From positions 4,826,722-4,890,721 of the forward strand of contig OZ037766.1 of NCBI GenBank assembly GCA_964035545.1: DNA of 64,000 nucleotides. The letters run 5' to 3'. Position numbers and translations under genes: made by a program. Shown here piece by piece: positions 12,001 to 22,629 of this stretch (its first letter is position 1; every line of letters starts with the position of its first letter). This DNA is from Bugula neritina (Eukaryota; Animalia; Bryozoa). A model generated the notes under the pieces. That model had not been told where the DNA came from. It made no database searches and worked only from the letters and a program-made list of their open reading frames with translations.

Positions 12001-13653
12001 TGAAATTTATTTAAATGATTTTTATCTTTGCTTTACTTCAGTACAGTTCAGTGGTTAGTTACTGTTTGGTAAAATTAATGACACCATTATAGAAGTAAGC
12101 TGCTTAGTTTAATAAAAGGAAGTAAACTGAACTCTTCAGTAGTATTGTAAATGTCAAACATAATACATATTTTGGGGGTTTAGTAACACAGGTCCTCTAT
12201 CAAGTAGTTAAGTAGGTTTAACATTGCTTATGCACTGTTAGTTTTTCATTTTGACTCAAAGTATTTTGTTATTCAATAATTGGCATCAATTAATATTCAA
12301 GGTCACACATTATAAGAATGGTATAGCATATTCTATTTATTGACCGTGGTTAGCTTTTATAGAGCAAGCTTGAGTTTACATGTATTCTTTATACATGTGT
12401 GTTTTTTAATATGTGTATTTCTCATATTTGAAGATAAATTTTTAGCATAAATAATAAGTTAGTTGATTAAGAAATTATATAGATAAACATACCTGATATT
12501 CGTATTAGTGTATTTGTGAAATCATTGACTAATAAATTCACCTGCTTCATTACTTCATTAAATTAAATATTTTAAAGTTGTTTGTATAAATGCATAATTA
12601 TACCTCAACAATTTGCTAAAAGGATGATTTTACTAAGCTTTCTTGCATTTTAATGACAAACTCGTCAAAATTATTGTCTTGTGATCACTTTCTCAGGAGG
12701 GTTTCAGAATACAGTCAAAGGAATGGATAATAATTTAACTATCGGCATTGCTACTTTGTCTATTGAATGACTTACTTAAAGAGTGTCAAATAAGGCTTCA
12801 TCGAGTAAATCTGTGATACATAAACTTTTCAAAGGGCATCAAATAGCAAGTAATTGTATTATCATGTATAACTAATAGAAAGTTGTTTTCAGCATCTCAC
12901 ATGTTTCAGCCAGTTTAAGTCAAGCTATAAAGCAGTGCTTGCAGAGTTTAAAGTAGCTGAAGCTCTCTACAATTTTTTCAAAAAATAATATAAGCTCACC
13001 TTAGGAGTTAGTAAGAAGTGGTAATAAGGAAGCAATAATCATGTAGCTACAAACTCATTGGTTGAAGTTTGAAGCAGGAGAGCTGAAAAATGTAGATACA
13101 TATTTGTCTGCTAAACAAGGAATTTTACAATTGTCAAAGCATTAAGTCTCCAGTTTTGGTTATTAATAAAATGGTGTCATACTTGGTTGGCCAGAACTGC
13201 CTTAGCTGACGTCTAATTCCTGGTGAATACATGTGCTTGGTGTTAATTCGTGAGAGTTGACTTTAAATGGCCATTCTAATATAAAGTAATAATATAATGA
13301 TGATGCAATGAAATGGTGGCTAAAACTATTTTATTTTAGAGATGTAAAAATATAAATTTATACTATTATAAAATGTTGTATTCCCCTGCCATTCTGACTG
13401 CTATATTCATTTTTAATACAAAATAACGTAGAATAAATGGTATATATTCACTTATATTTTCTGGTAGTTTGTTATTATGATTCCAACCTTCAACAATTCT
13501 TTCTATTGGTTTGCCTGTTGAGAATTTAATGCACATTTGCCGAGTGTTTTATCTCAAAATTATCTGTTATGTAGAGAGTCAGTGAGTGATCAAGTTGATG
13601 CTGCAAGTGAGTTCGAAATGGAGATTATAGATGATAAACGAGAATCTGTTTGA
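1..13653 (+). CDS. SLC9B2: SLC9B/NHA-type (CPA2) sodium/hydrogen exchanger, 5'-partial. Exons <1-79, 5188-5322, 5810-5897, 7806-7988, 8232-8404, 8628-8743, 10300-10467, 10724-10832, 11260-11396, 11595-11788 (or read-through to stop at 11804), 13575-13653
   Basis: GT-AG introns with matching phases give a continuous frame (1461 nt). NHA motifs: CPPHG, LPPLLGML, IL-x-RAGLGLD, AAVSPAVVVP, AASIDDVLAI (DD pair), WLPKATVQA, ILLTAPIGA. SLC9B1 versus SLC9B2 orthology is not resolvable; the last exon is less certain. Confidence 0.93.
999..2078. repeat. Left inverted arm of the transposon
   Basis: Reverse complement of 4093-5162 with scattered substitutions and small indels; the 83-aa ORFs 1273-1524(-) and 4636-4887(+) differ by one residue. 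Confidence 0.95.
2079..4153 (+). pseudogene. Disrupted Harbinger/ISL2EU transposase (truncated THAP + HTH + DDE_Tnp_4-like); exons ~2079-2518 and 3362-4153
   Basis: DGQPTEQNSTPTLHLGY resembles the THAP C-terminus. After a frameshift in the T/A run at ~2432-2442 it reads DEQTKIYTGIP. A phase-2 GT-AG intron (2519-3361) joins in frame to ORF 3378-4061, which has LLLALMKLRQG (HTH) and the triad IIDCTE, MADRGF, RIHVERAI. A second frameshift at ~4056-4061 precedes ...MIVCCALCNLQPPLVTDEI*. Confidence 0.88.
4093..5162. repeat. Right inverted arm of the transposon
   Basis: Reverse complement of 999-2078; its first ~60 bp are the 3' end of the transposase coding sequence. Confidence 0.95.
10047..10170. 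repeat. 42-bp minisatellite, ~3 copies, in SLC9B intron
   Basis: Unit ctgctacaactaggtatcagccagtgctattaatatatctat repeated with variation. Confidence 0.8.
11805..11953. repeat. (CACT)n imperfect tetranucleotide microsatellite
   Basis: Direct inspection; starts immediately after the read-through stop of the SLC9B penultimate exon. Confidence 0.9.
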
Positions 13654-14659
13654 CTCTGACTACTGTCGGTAGTTACATACATCTGCCACAGTTAGGGAGT
13701 TGTCTACTCAGCACTTCTGTATTTAGTAGTTTTCTAACAGTAGAGTAGGTGTCTCGTTTTGTGCCAAACAAACCAAAATATTTTGCATTATAATAATCGA
13801 AATATTAATATATATTAAAATACAGCTTATTATTTTTCAAGATATAAGATCTTATAATCTTTATTTTGATGGCTTTGAGAAAAAGATTATTGGTGAATGT
13901 TGGATTCATATTTTATATTCTAAATAGTACTTTATATTCTAGTTGTTATTTTTCAGGCTATAATTGTTTTAGACCAGTTGCAGGTTATTTACCTGAACAA
14001 CTATACGTATCATTTTAATTACCTTCACAGATCTATCCCTTTTATTTTTACTTCAACTTTTTTAAAAGTAGAAGCTCGAAGGCTTACAATTTCTCAGAGA
14101 AGTTTCAGCTGAGCAGCAGAATCTTTTACTTAGACGATGCAGTAATATAAGACTCTTCACTAGAGCCTGCCTATAAATTAGTATATTTTATTTTCTGTTA
14201 CTTATATTTGATGGTAAAGCTTATCATCCTTTTGTGTTTGCATGTACTGTTTTTTATAAAACAATGTTGCTGTTATTAAACATCCGTACTTTGGAAATTA
14301 TGTTGAGTACAGTACAATAAAAACATCAACAACTTGCTGTGTTTGTGGTAACTTTCTCCTATTATTACCCCCAACTCAGCGCATGTAATAGTTGATATGA
14401 CACATCAGCTGAGCTTTTGTCATGGCTTATAGTCTGGGTTTATTTTTAAATAGCAGCAGCACGCAGTAACAAATCCATAGTCAAGCATCCAGGCAACCAA
14501 AGGTTAAGGTTTAGGTACAGCAGCTAATAACAAGTCTCTGATACTTGCTGATATGTGTTACCTAGTGAGATGGTATCTCTGTCTGATTATTCTATGATGA
14601 ATAATGGCACATTATTTCTCATGCTGCATATATCCTTGATATACATCTTTCAGACGTGC

Positions 14660-14666
14660 TATATAA
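14660..14666 (+). promoter_or_regulatory. Candidate TATA box of the secreted Caspr-FBG-like gene
   Basis: TATATAA in context gcTATATAAgc, ~80 bp upstream of an ATG in good Kozak context (gctaccATG). Confidence 0.45.
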
Positions 14667-14740
14667 GCTGCTGAGTTGAGCACATGTATTTATACAGACT
14701 TTAGGTATCTGTGATTCAACTTCTCAATCTCCAAGCTACC

Positions 14741-17202
14741 ATGCGTTGGTTTATTTTTCTTTCACTAGTTAGTTATACTCTGGCAGCTTCCCCTTCGCTC
14801 TACATACCGTCATGGGTAAGTATTCAGTTTATGCTTCATTTTTAGTTTTAATGAATAAAAATCTGAAGAATTTTAAATAGTCTTTTTAAAATAAAGAGTT
14901 ATAGAAAGCTATTGCCTATTGGCCTGGTTGTATTAACACATTTTCTGTATTGCTGCTCTATTTAAATAGTATCTTGTATATCCCTACGTAAAAAGAAAGT
15001 TATTACAAAGTTTATTTGTTGCTGATTTGAATCCTTGTTGGCAGCTATTGAAGGAACTGGTGCAACTGAAGTCTGAAGTACAGGCTAATATAAAAAGCAA
15101 CCAGAGGGTGCTGGATAGGATCAGTGAGTTATGACTATTTATCTGAGAGATTGCATTGTAGTTCTCCTCTCCTATAGAATTAAAGCTTGTTTATAGTCAC
15201 AACTCCTGCTAGAATCTTAATAATGGAAAATTTTAGATAGGCTGTATGCAAACTATGCTAGAAATTAGTAATTTCAAACTAAAACAGGAGTGGCTTAGAC
15301 CAATGAAATAAACTATAATGGAGTTATAATTCATTAATTTAGATCTCTGTCACATTACCTATGGCTGCAGTAAGGTTACTTCTACTGGCATAGCCACATG
15401 TGCATGCTAGGCGCTTCCACATAGAATCTCCCAGCTATAAGTTATAGTAGAATTCAATATAGTATTCTAGAATGCTTTAGAACCTAAGTTTTTTTTAAAT
15501 GACTGTTGAAATACCACCATATTCTTTCTAAACACGGCAAATCATGTATAATGTGAAACTCTGACAGACTATGTTAACTTAGTTTTGGTAATAAATACTG
15601 AAATGTAAATTTTTGTTGCTTGCATTCTCAACGTCTTAAAGAAAGCTGATGAGGCAACGATAATATGCCAGAACACTTGAACTCTGTAGATAATTACATC
15701 TTGCGAGTTCCCTATTACACACCTCAATTGGAAGCTAGACCACCTCAACCACCGCCATCTCCGTTTGGCACTCCCAGAACTTGCACTGATGTCCTCTTAC
15801 GAGACAGAAACCTGAATGCTATGTGGTACACAATCGATCCTGATGGCGCAAGTGGACCCATTAAGCCATTTAATGTCAAGTGCAAAAGAAACGGGAATTA
15901 CATTGAGACTGAGGTAACCTCATCTTTTGAAATTATAACAAAGCATATTTTTGGATGTATTTACAGATTGCTAATTTACAGGACACAGATTCAGCATATT
16001 GAACAGGGTTGAAACTTGCACCAGAAAAAATATTTTAGTTTGTTTCTATATGTGATTGTTTTCATAGCTTTTTAAATATATATTAATTTATTTTGCACAC
16101 ACACACGTACACACACTTACACATATACACTTATTATACACATGTACACACGTATACACACTTATACACATTTATATACATTTCTATATTTTTTAGTTTG
16201 GTTTCTCATATCCTGAGTGGATACAGAAGTTCTCCGGGCCCCAAAGCTGTTATAATCACGAAGCTTTTGGAGTGCCCGGGTCTGTAGATTACTGTGAGAA
16301 CACAAAGACACAACCACCATACGTGTTGACTAAGGCTCAGATGAAAGCAATTGTTGCCGTCTCTAAAAATTGCTCTCAAAAGTATGTATTGTAGAAACTT
16401 GTATTAAGTCGTGCTCAAATTTGCTGATGCGTTTAGATACAATATGTGTGATTTCAGTAGGCAATTTAGAAAAACATTTTTGCTTCGAAAACACATGTGC
16501 TCTTTGTAAAAGTTTTATCGCGCATCTTATTCTAAATTGTATAAGTAATAGATATATATTACCTATTTTCCTGACAGACCTGTATTTGCTCACTAAAGAA
16601 GGTTTTTTTTAACTAAGCCAATAACATGTTCACACCTTCTGGGAACATCCTGCTAGCCTGGTATTCAGTAAATTCCAAGACTTACTGCTCACTGCCAACA
16701 ACAACTGTTATGCAACAAATATCAATAGTTTTCAAGTGGAAATCTACAATTAATTGTTTGGTGGCTGCATTGTGTTCCAGGTGGTGACGTAATGTTTTAA
16801 TTAGTTACGTCTAGCTGCACCTACGTCATGGTCAAACTCTAAATGTTGCTTTTTCTGAAAACAAAAGAAATATGTTTGTCTAATAAAGCTATGCTCTTTC
16901 ACACATCATAATATAATCAAAGTACTCTATACATGTAACTTATGGAGTCATCCACTCTAAGAATGTGTAGCTCTTTTAGCACTTCATATATAAGAATATA
17001 TGTGCAATGGTACTTTAAGAATAAGATATACATAATGAAACAGTACCTTCTATAAATGATATTTAGGTTTGAATTGTTTGAATTTATGTATTCCCATTTA
17101 GACTGAAAATTTTCTGTATTGAGGTTTTTCCAAATAAATCATTACATAGCACATTATATTTTTCGCCAGTGTACCATTTAAATAAATGAGCCATGAAATT
17201 TA

Positions 17203-17300
<98 letters not shown>

Positions 17301-18268
17301 GCTGAGCTGCAATGTTATATAATTTTAATATATAGAGGGAGTTTGTGCTTCAAAAGTCATATTTCTTATGCCACATTAGCTGAAGTTATTTGAATTCTAT
17401 TGATTTTTAGGCATCCATAATTAATAGTGATGTGCTGTATAGAGCATAGACTATAGAGAAACAAAATGCAAAGTTGATTTCAAATAAAGTTGCAATAAAT
17501 GGTCTAGCAAAAGTGGTGCAAGCCTATCACCATTGTTCAAATTTCTGTGTTTTTGACTAGAACTAAACAATAAACTTTGACATAAATTTTGTCTAAACTA
17601 TCATGAAACCTGACTTTTTCTTAAATGATTCTCAACTCATTTGACTTCCTGTTGCAGCATTGAGTGGAATTGTCATTCCAACAGTCTCCTGTATTTGACA
17701 CCTCACAATGGGAAGACAATTTCTTATGGTAGACCACTGCACAGTTACGCTTACTTTTCACAAGGTAAACTCACAATTAGTCAGACACTCTTCAATTTCT
17801 TTGCTTTTCTACACTCTAAGTGCACACAGGTTTCCAAAATTTACCTTTTTGGGTGAGAAGTACAGTTTCAAATGGCTGAAGCATAAATTTTCTAAGTTGG
17901 TATAGACATCTAAATTATATTGAAAATCGTATTATAAACTGAACATTTCAGCTGCTATAATGCCAAATCTTCTAAACACACACACGCACGCCCGAGAGCG
18001 CGCTCTTTCTCTCTCTCCTCTGTAATAGCTTACAATTTTTTTCTTGTGCTTTCTTCCAGGAATATGTGAATGTGGAAGGAGTGGTAGATGTTTCCAAGCA
18101 GGTAATCTGTGTCATTGCGGATCTGATATTAATGAATCATGGAGTAGAGATAAAATAGTGATTACCGATAAGAATCAGTTGCCAATATCCACCATAGCCT
18201 TGGGTGACCTCTCTGGTACTAGAGATAAGGCCCAAGTACACGTGTCTTCTCTTCGCTGCTGGACCTAG
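14741..18268 (+). CDS. Secreted ~292-aa protein: signal peptide, short coiled coil, Pro-rich linker, single Caspr/neurexin-IV-type fibrinogen-like domain. Exons 14741-14815, 15045-15123, 15690-15913, 16197-16381, 17658-17764, 18060-18268
   Basis: 879-nt spliced ORF with matching phases. Signal peptide MRWFIFLSLVSYTLA. Motifs PRTCTD..WYTIDPDGASGPIKPFNVKC, AQMKAIVAVSKNCSQNIEWNC, CECGRSGRC..CHC..W-x2-DKIVITDKNQLPI..GD..LRC match the pattern of the CNTNAP/Nrx-IV fibrinogen-like module. Confidence 0.82.
16095..16180. repeat. CA/TA-rich imperfect microsatellite just upstream of an acceptor
   Basis: Direct inspection. Confidence 0.75.
17206..17297. repeat. (TA)n microsatellite, ~46 units
   Basis: Direct inspection. 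Confidence 0.97.
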
Positions 18269-19185
18269 CTGCCGAGAATGCTGACTTTGACTTTATTCAA
18301 TAATTAGTAGGTTTATGTGGCTTGCTTGTAGAAATTTACTGTCTAGCAACATTTGTATTACATACAAGTATTTTTTTAGCTCTTTTATATATTTATATTT
18401 TGTGCCCATGATCTTTTGAGTATTTTGTTCTGAGCATGTTTTGAAATTATAGCGGAAGATGTAGCAGATAAAATAGATATAAGTAGATGTTGAATTTGAT
18501 GGACACACCAACTAAAATCAGAGACTATATATACTGCACCACTCTGTAGCAGAGGTATTATTACAGCTTTTACTAGAATTAGGCATTTGGCTGATGAATT
18601 AGTTATCATATTTCATTTCTTTTTAAGACTAGTTGACATCTACGCAGCAATAGTAATTATATTAGATAAAAAACTTGCAAATATAAGATATCTTAAAAAG
18701 AAATAATTATTGTTCATCTGTTTTATTAGGATTTTAACAAGAAGTTCCTTAACAACTCAAAACAAAACACTTATGAAAGATCAGTTATATGATTATAATT
18801 TTTGGTGATATTGTTGGGGTGGCTTTAAGCACATTTCCACGTGTTCGCCACAAGAATTAACCTAGCTGTCTTGTAAAGATCTGCAAGCAATTTGCAAAAC
18901 TACAGTCTTACAAATTGCCTAAAATGAGAATATTAACATATTTTATTCCCTTTGGTATTTTACTACAGAAATGAATAAAATTCTAATGACTGCTTTCATT
19001 ATAAGGTGTCATATCAAAATTAGACTTAGGCATGTAATGCCAAACAGCATGAGCCCTCCTGACAAGTTCAATGTCTGGCATTAATAAATATTTGCATATA
19101 TGTAAAATATAACCAACATAAAACAGTTTAGATTAATTAAAAAGCATGTGGCATAAAGCATTATTATATAAAATGTATAGTTTAT

Positions 19186-19399
19186 AGCAGCCGTGGTCTA
19201 GGGGTTAAAGCGTTTGCTTTGTGAACACGAAGTTGTGGGTTCGAACCCCGACAAAGGCCATTGGTGATGTTAGGAAGAGCATCCAGTCATAATTGCTCCT
19301 GTGCCTCATTTAAACAAGTCCTTAGCCTGTTTTAGCAAAAACCCTTACCATCAGGGGTTTCTCACAGGGATAGCGACTATAAACTTGCGTGAGTTTTTT
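19186..19399 (+). mobile_element. tRNA-derived SINE
   Basis: Pol III A box (TGGTCTAGGGG) and B box (GGTTCGAACCC); tRNA-like head with GTG in the anticodon position but no acceptor stem; T-run at the 3' end; 10-bp direct repeat TATAGTTTAT at 19176-19185 and 19400-19409. Confidence 0.85.
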
Positions 19400-20274
19400 T
19401 ATAGTTTATTGGCTGGTTTTTTATTCATTCAGGTCCAACGGCTGGTAATAATATATTTTATTTGCACCAGTAAAATACCTGAATATACAGCAGTTTAGAT
19501 CACATTAAAAAGCTGCAACATAAAATATAATTATAATATACAAGATGAAAAGTTTATTTGTGATATGATAGGCTGCTACTATATGCAAATACACAGTGGC
19601 CTATTTTTGTTTTTAACTGATATAGTACCTACTTTATATTTTTAAACACATTTTGTATGCAGCGAGTGCTCTTTCATCTGATAGCTAGGATGATAGCCTG
19701 TGAGCATGTAATTCAGATGGTTTGTTTGCATGTTTTCTAGCTCTTACTACAGCAATAAGAACAATTAGAAGAAAAAACTAAATTTGAACGTTTTTCTACA
19801 TTGAAAGCTAAAATAAAAATACGTTTAGTTTTTATATGTACAACTTTTAAAAGCTCTGAAATCTAAATTAACAATTTGACTACGTAAAAAGAGCATTATA
19901 GGCTAAGTTAGAAGTTATAATCTTTGTATGGCGTGTAAAAAGAGGTAATAACTCTGTAATTAGTCGCACTAACCAAGACTCATAACTTTCACATTGTTGA
20001 AATCTTAGGCTACTAAAGACATCAGTTTGATGTAGAGAAACAAAAATTAGAAGTAAATGGAGAGGTCAAGGCTACTCATATTTCTAAATTCAGTAGCTGT
20101 GCTGCTCATATTGCTACAAGTTTTAAAAGCAACCTGTTGCATTAATCTGGGAGCCACAGGTGCATGGCTAAGTGTATTTAATAGTTGTTATAAACAACTC
20201 AGTAGTTTGTGGTTACATGCTCCTAAATGTTATTTTGATTTTATTAAAGCTGAAACTAAAAGTAAAAGACGAAG

Positions 20275-21060
20275 TTCAAACAGCTTGAGCTTGAGGCTCA
20301 GGCTGAGCTATTGCTAAAAGTAAAAGTAAAAGTAAAACTATAAGTATAACTATAAGTATAAGTATAACTAAAAGTACAACTAAAAACAAACTAATACTAA
20401 TAGTAAAAGTAGAAGTTTCACCTTGTCTTTAATTACTGCTGTTTTTAGTTTTTATTTAAATGTTAAATTGAAATTTATGTAAGTGCTATCAATGAGATTT
20501 TTATTATAATTGTTACTACTTGTTATAATAAAATAATATTACTATTAGTATTAGTATTACTATTAGTATTAGTATTACTATTACCAGTAGTAGTGCTAGT
20601 AGTAGTATTAGTAGTAGTAATGGTAATATTAATGATTGTATTTAAATTATAATATAAATATCTAGTGCTTTTGCTTAATTTGCTATTGCTATTGCTATTA
20701 GTATTAGTATATTGCTATAAGTATAAGATTAAGTATAAGTATATTGCTATTACTATTAGTATTAGTATTAGTATTACTATTATTTTAGTATTGCTATTAT
20801 CTTTAAGTTTAAGTATTGTTATAGAATAATAATTCGATAGCTTTAAATTATTAAAAATTACCATTTAAAGATATTCTAAATCAATGGAGCTAAAAGTTAT
20901 TACAAATAAAAATATGAGAAATTTATATTAATATTATTATAGAATAACATTAACAAATATAATCATTGTGTATATCATTATGATTATCAATATGAATAAT
21001 CTTCTTGTAGCTTTGCTCACAATAATATTAATAATTAAATTAAATATAATAAAGTAATAA
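20275..21060. repeat. 3/6-bp-periodic low-complexity tract (AGTATT/ACTATT/AGTATA-type hexamers) upstream of the Tsg coding exons
   Basis: Direct inspection; boundaries approximate. Confidence 0.75.
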
Positions 21061-22351
21061 TAGGTGACTGTGTGGGTCAGCATGGGTCTGAGTGTGTTCA
21101 TCACTGCAATATTTTTGGACCAATGGGCCTTTGGAGTATTGACCCGTCCTCAAAGTAATCATACATTTGTGACAGTAGCACTATTAGTTTAACTGTGTAT
21201 TTACACTAATATCCCATCAACTTGGAGTGTAACGCTGATGTTAGAGTTGAAGATAATATTAATATAAGTGCAACCATTGCTAATGTTTTATGCTTTCTGT
21301 ATCACTATCTATATTGAGTATTAAAGTTAAGCTATTGCCCTTTGTTATATCAAATAATTAATAGCTTGGCTATGGTTATTTCAGGTAAATTAAAATTTTA
21401 TTACTTGTAGATAATGTTAGACTTGGTGTTACTTTTGACAAATATTTGTGACATTAACATAGACATGACATAACATAACATGACACGAAATAAATGGAAA
21501 AATAGAGAACTTTTGCTAAGCAAAAATTTACAACTTTATAAGTATATTTTATAGAAACATCATAATTCTTGTCAGCTACCTAAAGTTAAAAGTGTAATAA
21601 CATGATAATATAACTTGAGAATTTTGATTAAAAATTGAAATTGATATGTAAAGTTGAAAACGTGCTAAACTTTACTGTATTCAACATTTTAACAAAAATG
21701 CATAAGCATATATACTAGAAAAACAGCATAATAAAAGCAGGTGTCATCTTCTACTGAAGCAAACACCCTTTTCCATTGTTGCACAACTTTTTGTTTTATT
21801 AATATAATTTGTAAATCTAAATACTTCAACAGACACTGCACAACATTTCAGAGTGACACCTTTCTATGTCTACAATTTTTTTCAAATTAAACTCGGTATA
21901 TCATTGGCATTCCAAAAAATGTGGCTTTAATATTACTCAGAAAAAGTCCAATCTTACTAAATAGAAATTTACATTACATGAAATTTCAAGTTTTCTATAC
22001 TAGTATTTAGTTAGGGCTATAAGTTTATAAATACTCTAAGGTTTCTTATACAGTCTTTTAGTGTTTATTTTATCTGTTCTATTTTGTTTATAAAAGTTAA
22101 TTAGTTTTATCTGAAATCATTTAAACATCTATCACTGTTCACAACATGGTGTGTTGTCTGCACGACCAAGATGGTGGTGTGTTATCAGAGCATTGAGCTA
22201 TGTACTTGTCAGTACAGTCAAAATGCAGGCTGTTGTTTGCTTGAACAACTTATCTTATTTTTTGCTTAGCAGATTAAGATTACTGAGTGAAGTATGCTAA
22301 TTACCCATCTAGTCTGCTGATTATACTTTATGGTTATCTACAGAGGCTGCG

Positions 22352-22580
22352 CATTATCATATATTACACCTATTCTACATATATTATCATATATTATACA
22401 TATGCTCACATACATTATCATATATTATACATATAATATCATACACTACAATATTATACTTTATATAATCATATATTACACCTAGTCTACATATATTATA
22501 CATATGCTCTACATACATTATCATATATTATACATATAATATCATATGCTACAATATTATACTTTATATTATCATATTCT
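22352..22580. repeat. AT-rich degenerate tandem repeat (catattatcatatattatacatat-like)
   Basis: Direct inspection; lies just upstream of the Tsg first coding exon acceptor. Confidence 0.75.
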
Positions 22581-22629
22581 ATCTTAAAGTTATATATATT
22601 TTATCCTTTTATTGATATTCTTCCACAGG

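Noticed and set aside
15690-18268. Fragment of a full-length neurexin IV/CNTNAP or fibrillar collagen gene
   Set aside because: The gene has its own signal-peptide exon and a stop right after the domain; no LamG, EGF, TM or Gly-X-Y exons were found in the flanks.
19187-19260. tRNA-His(GTG) gene
   Set aside because: The acceptor stem cannot form, and the sequence continues into a SINE body bounded by TSDs.
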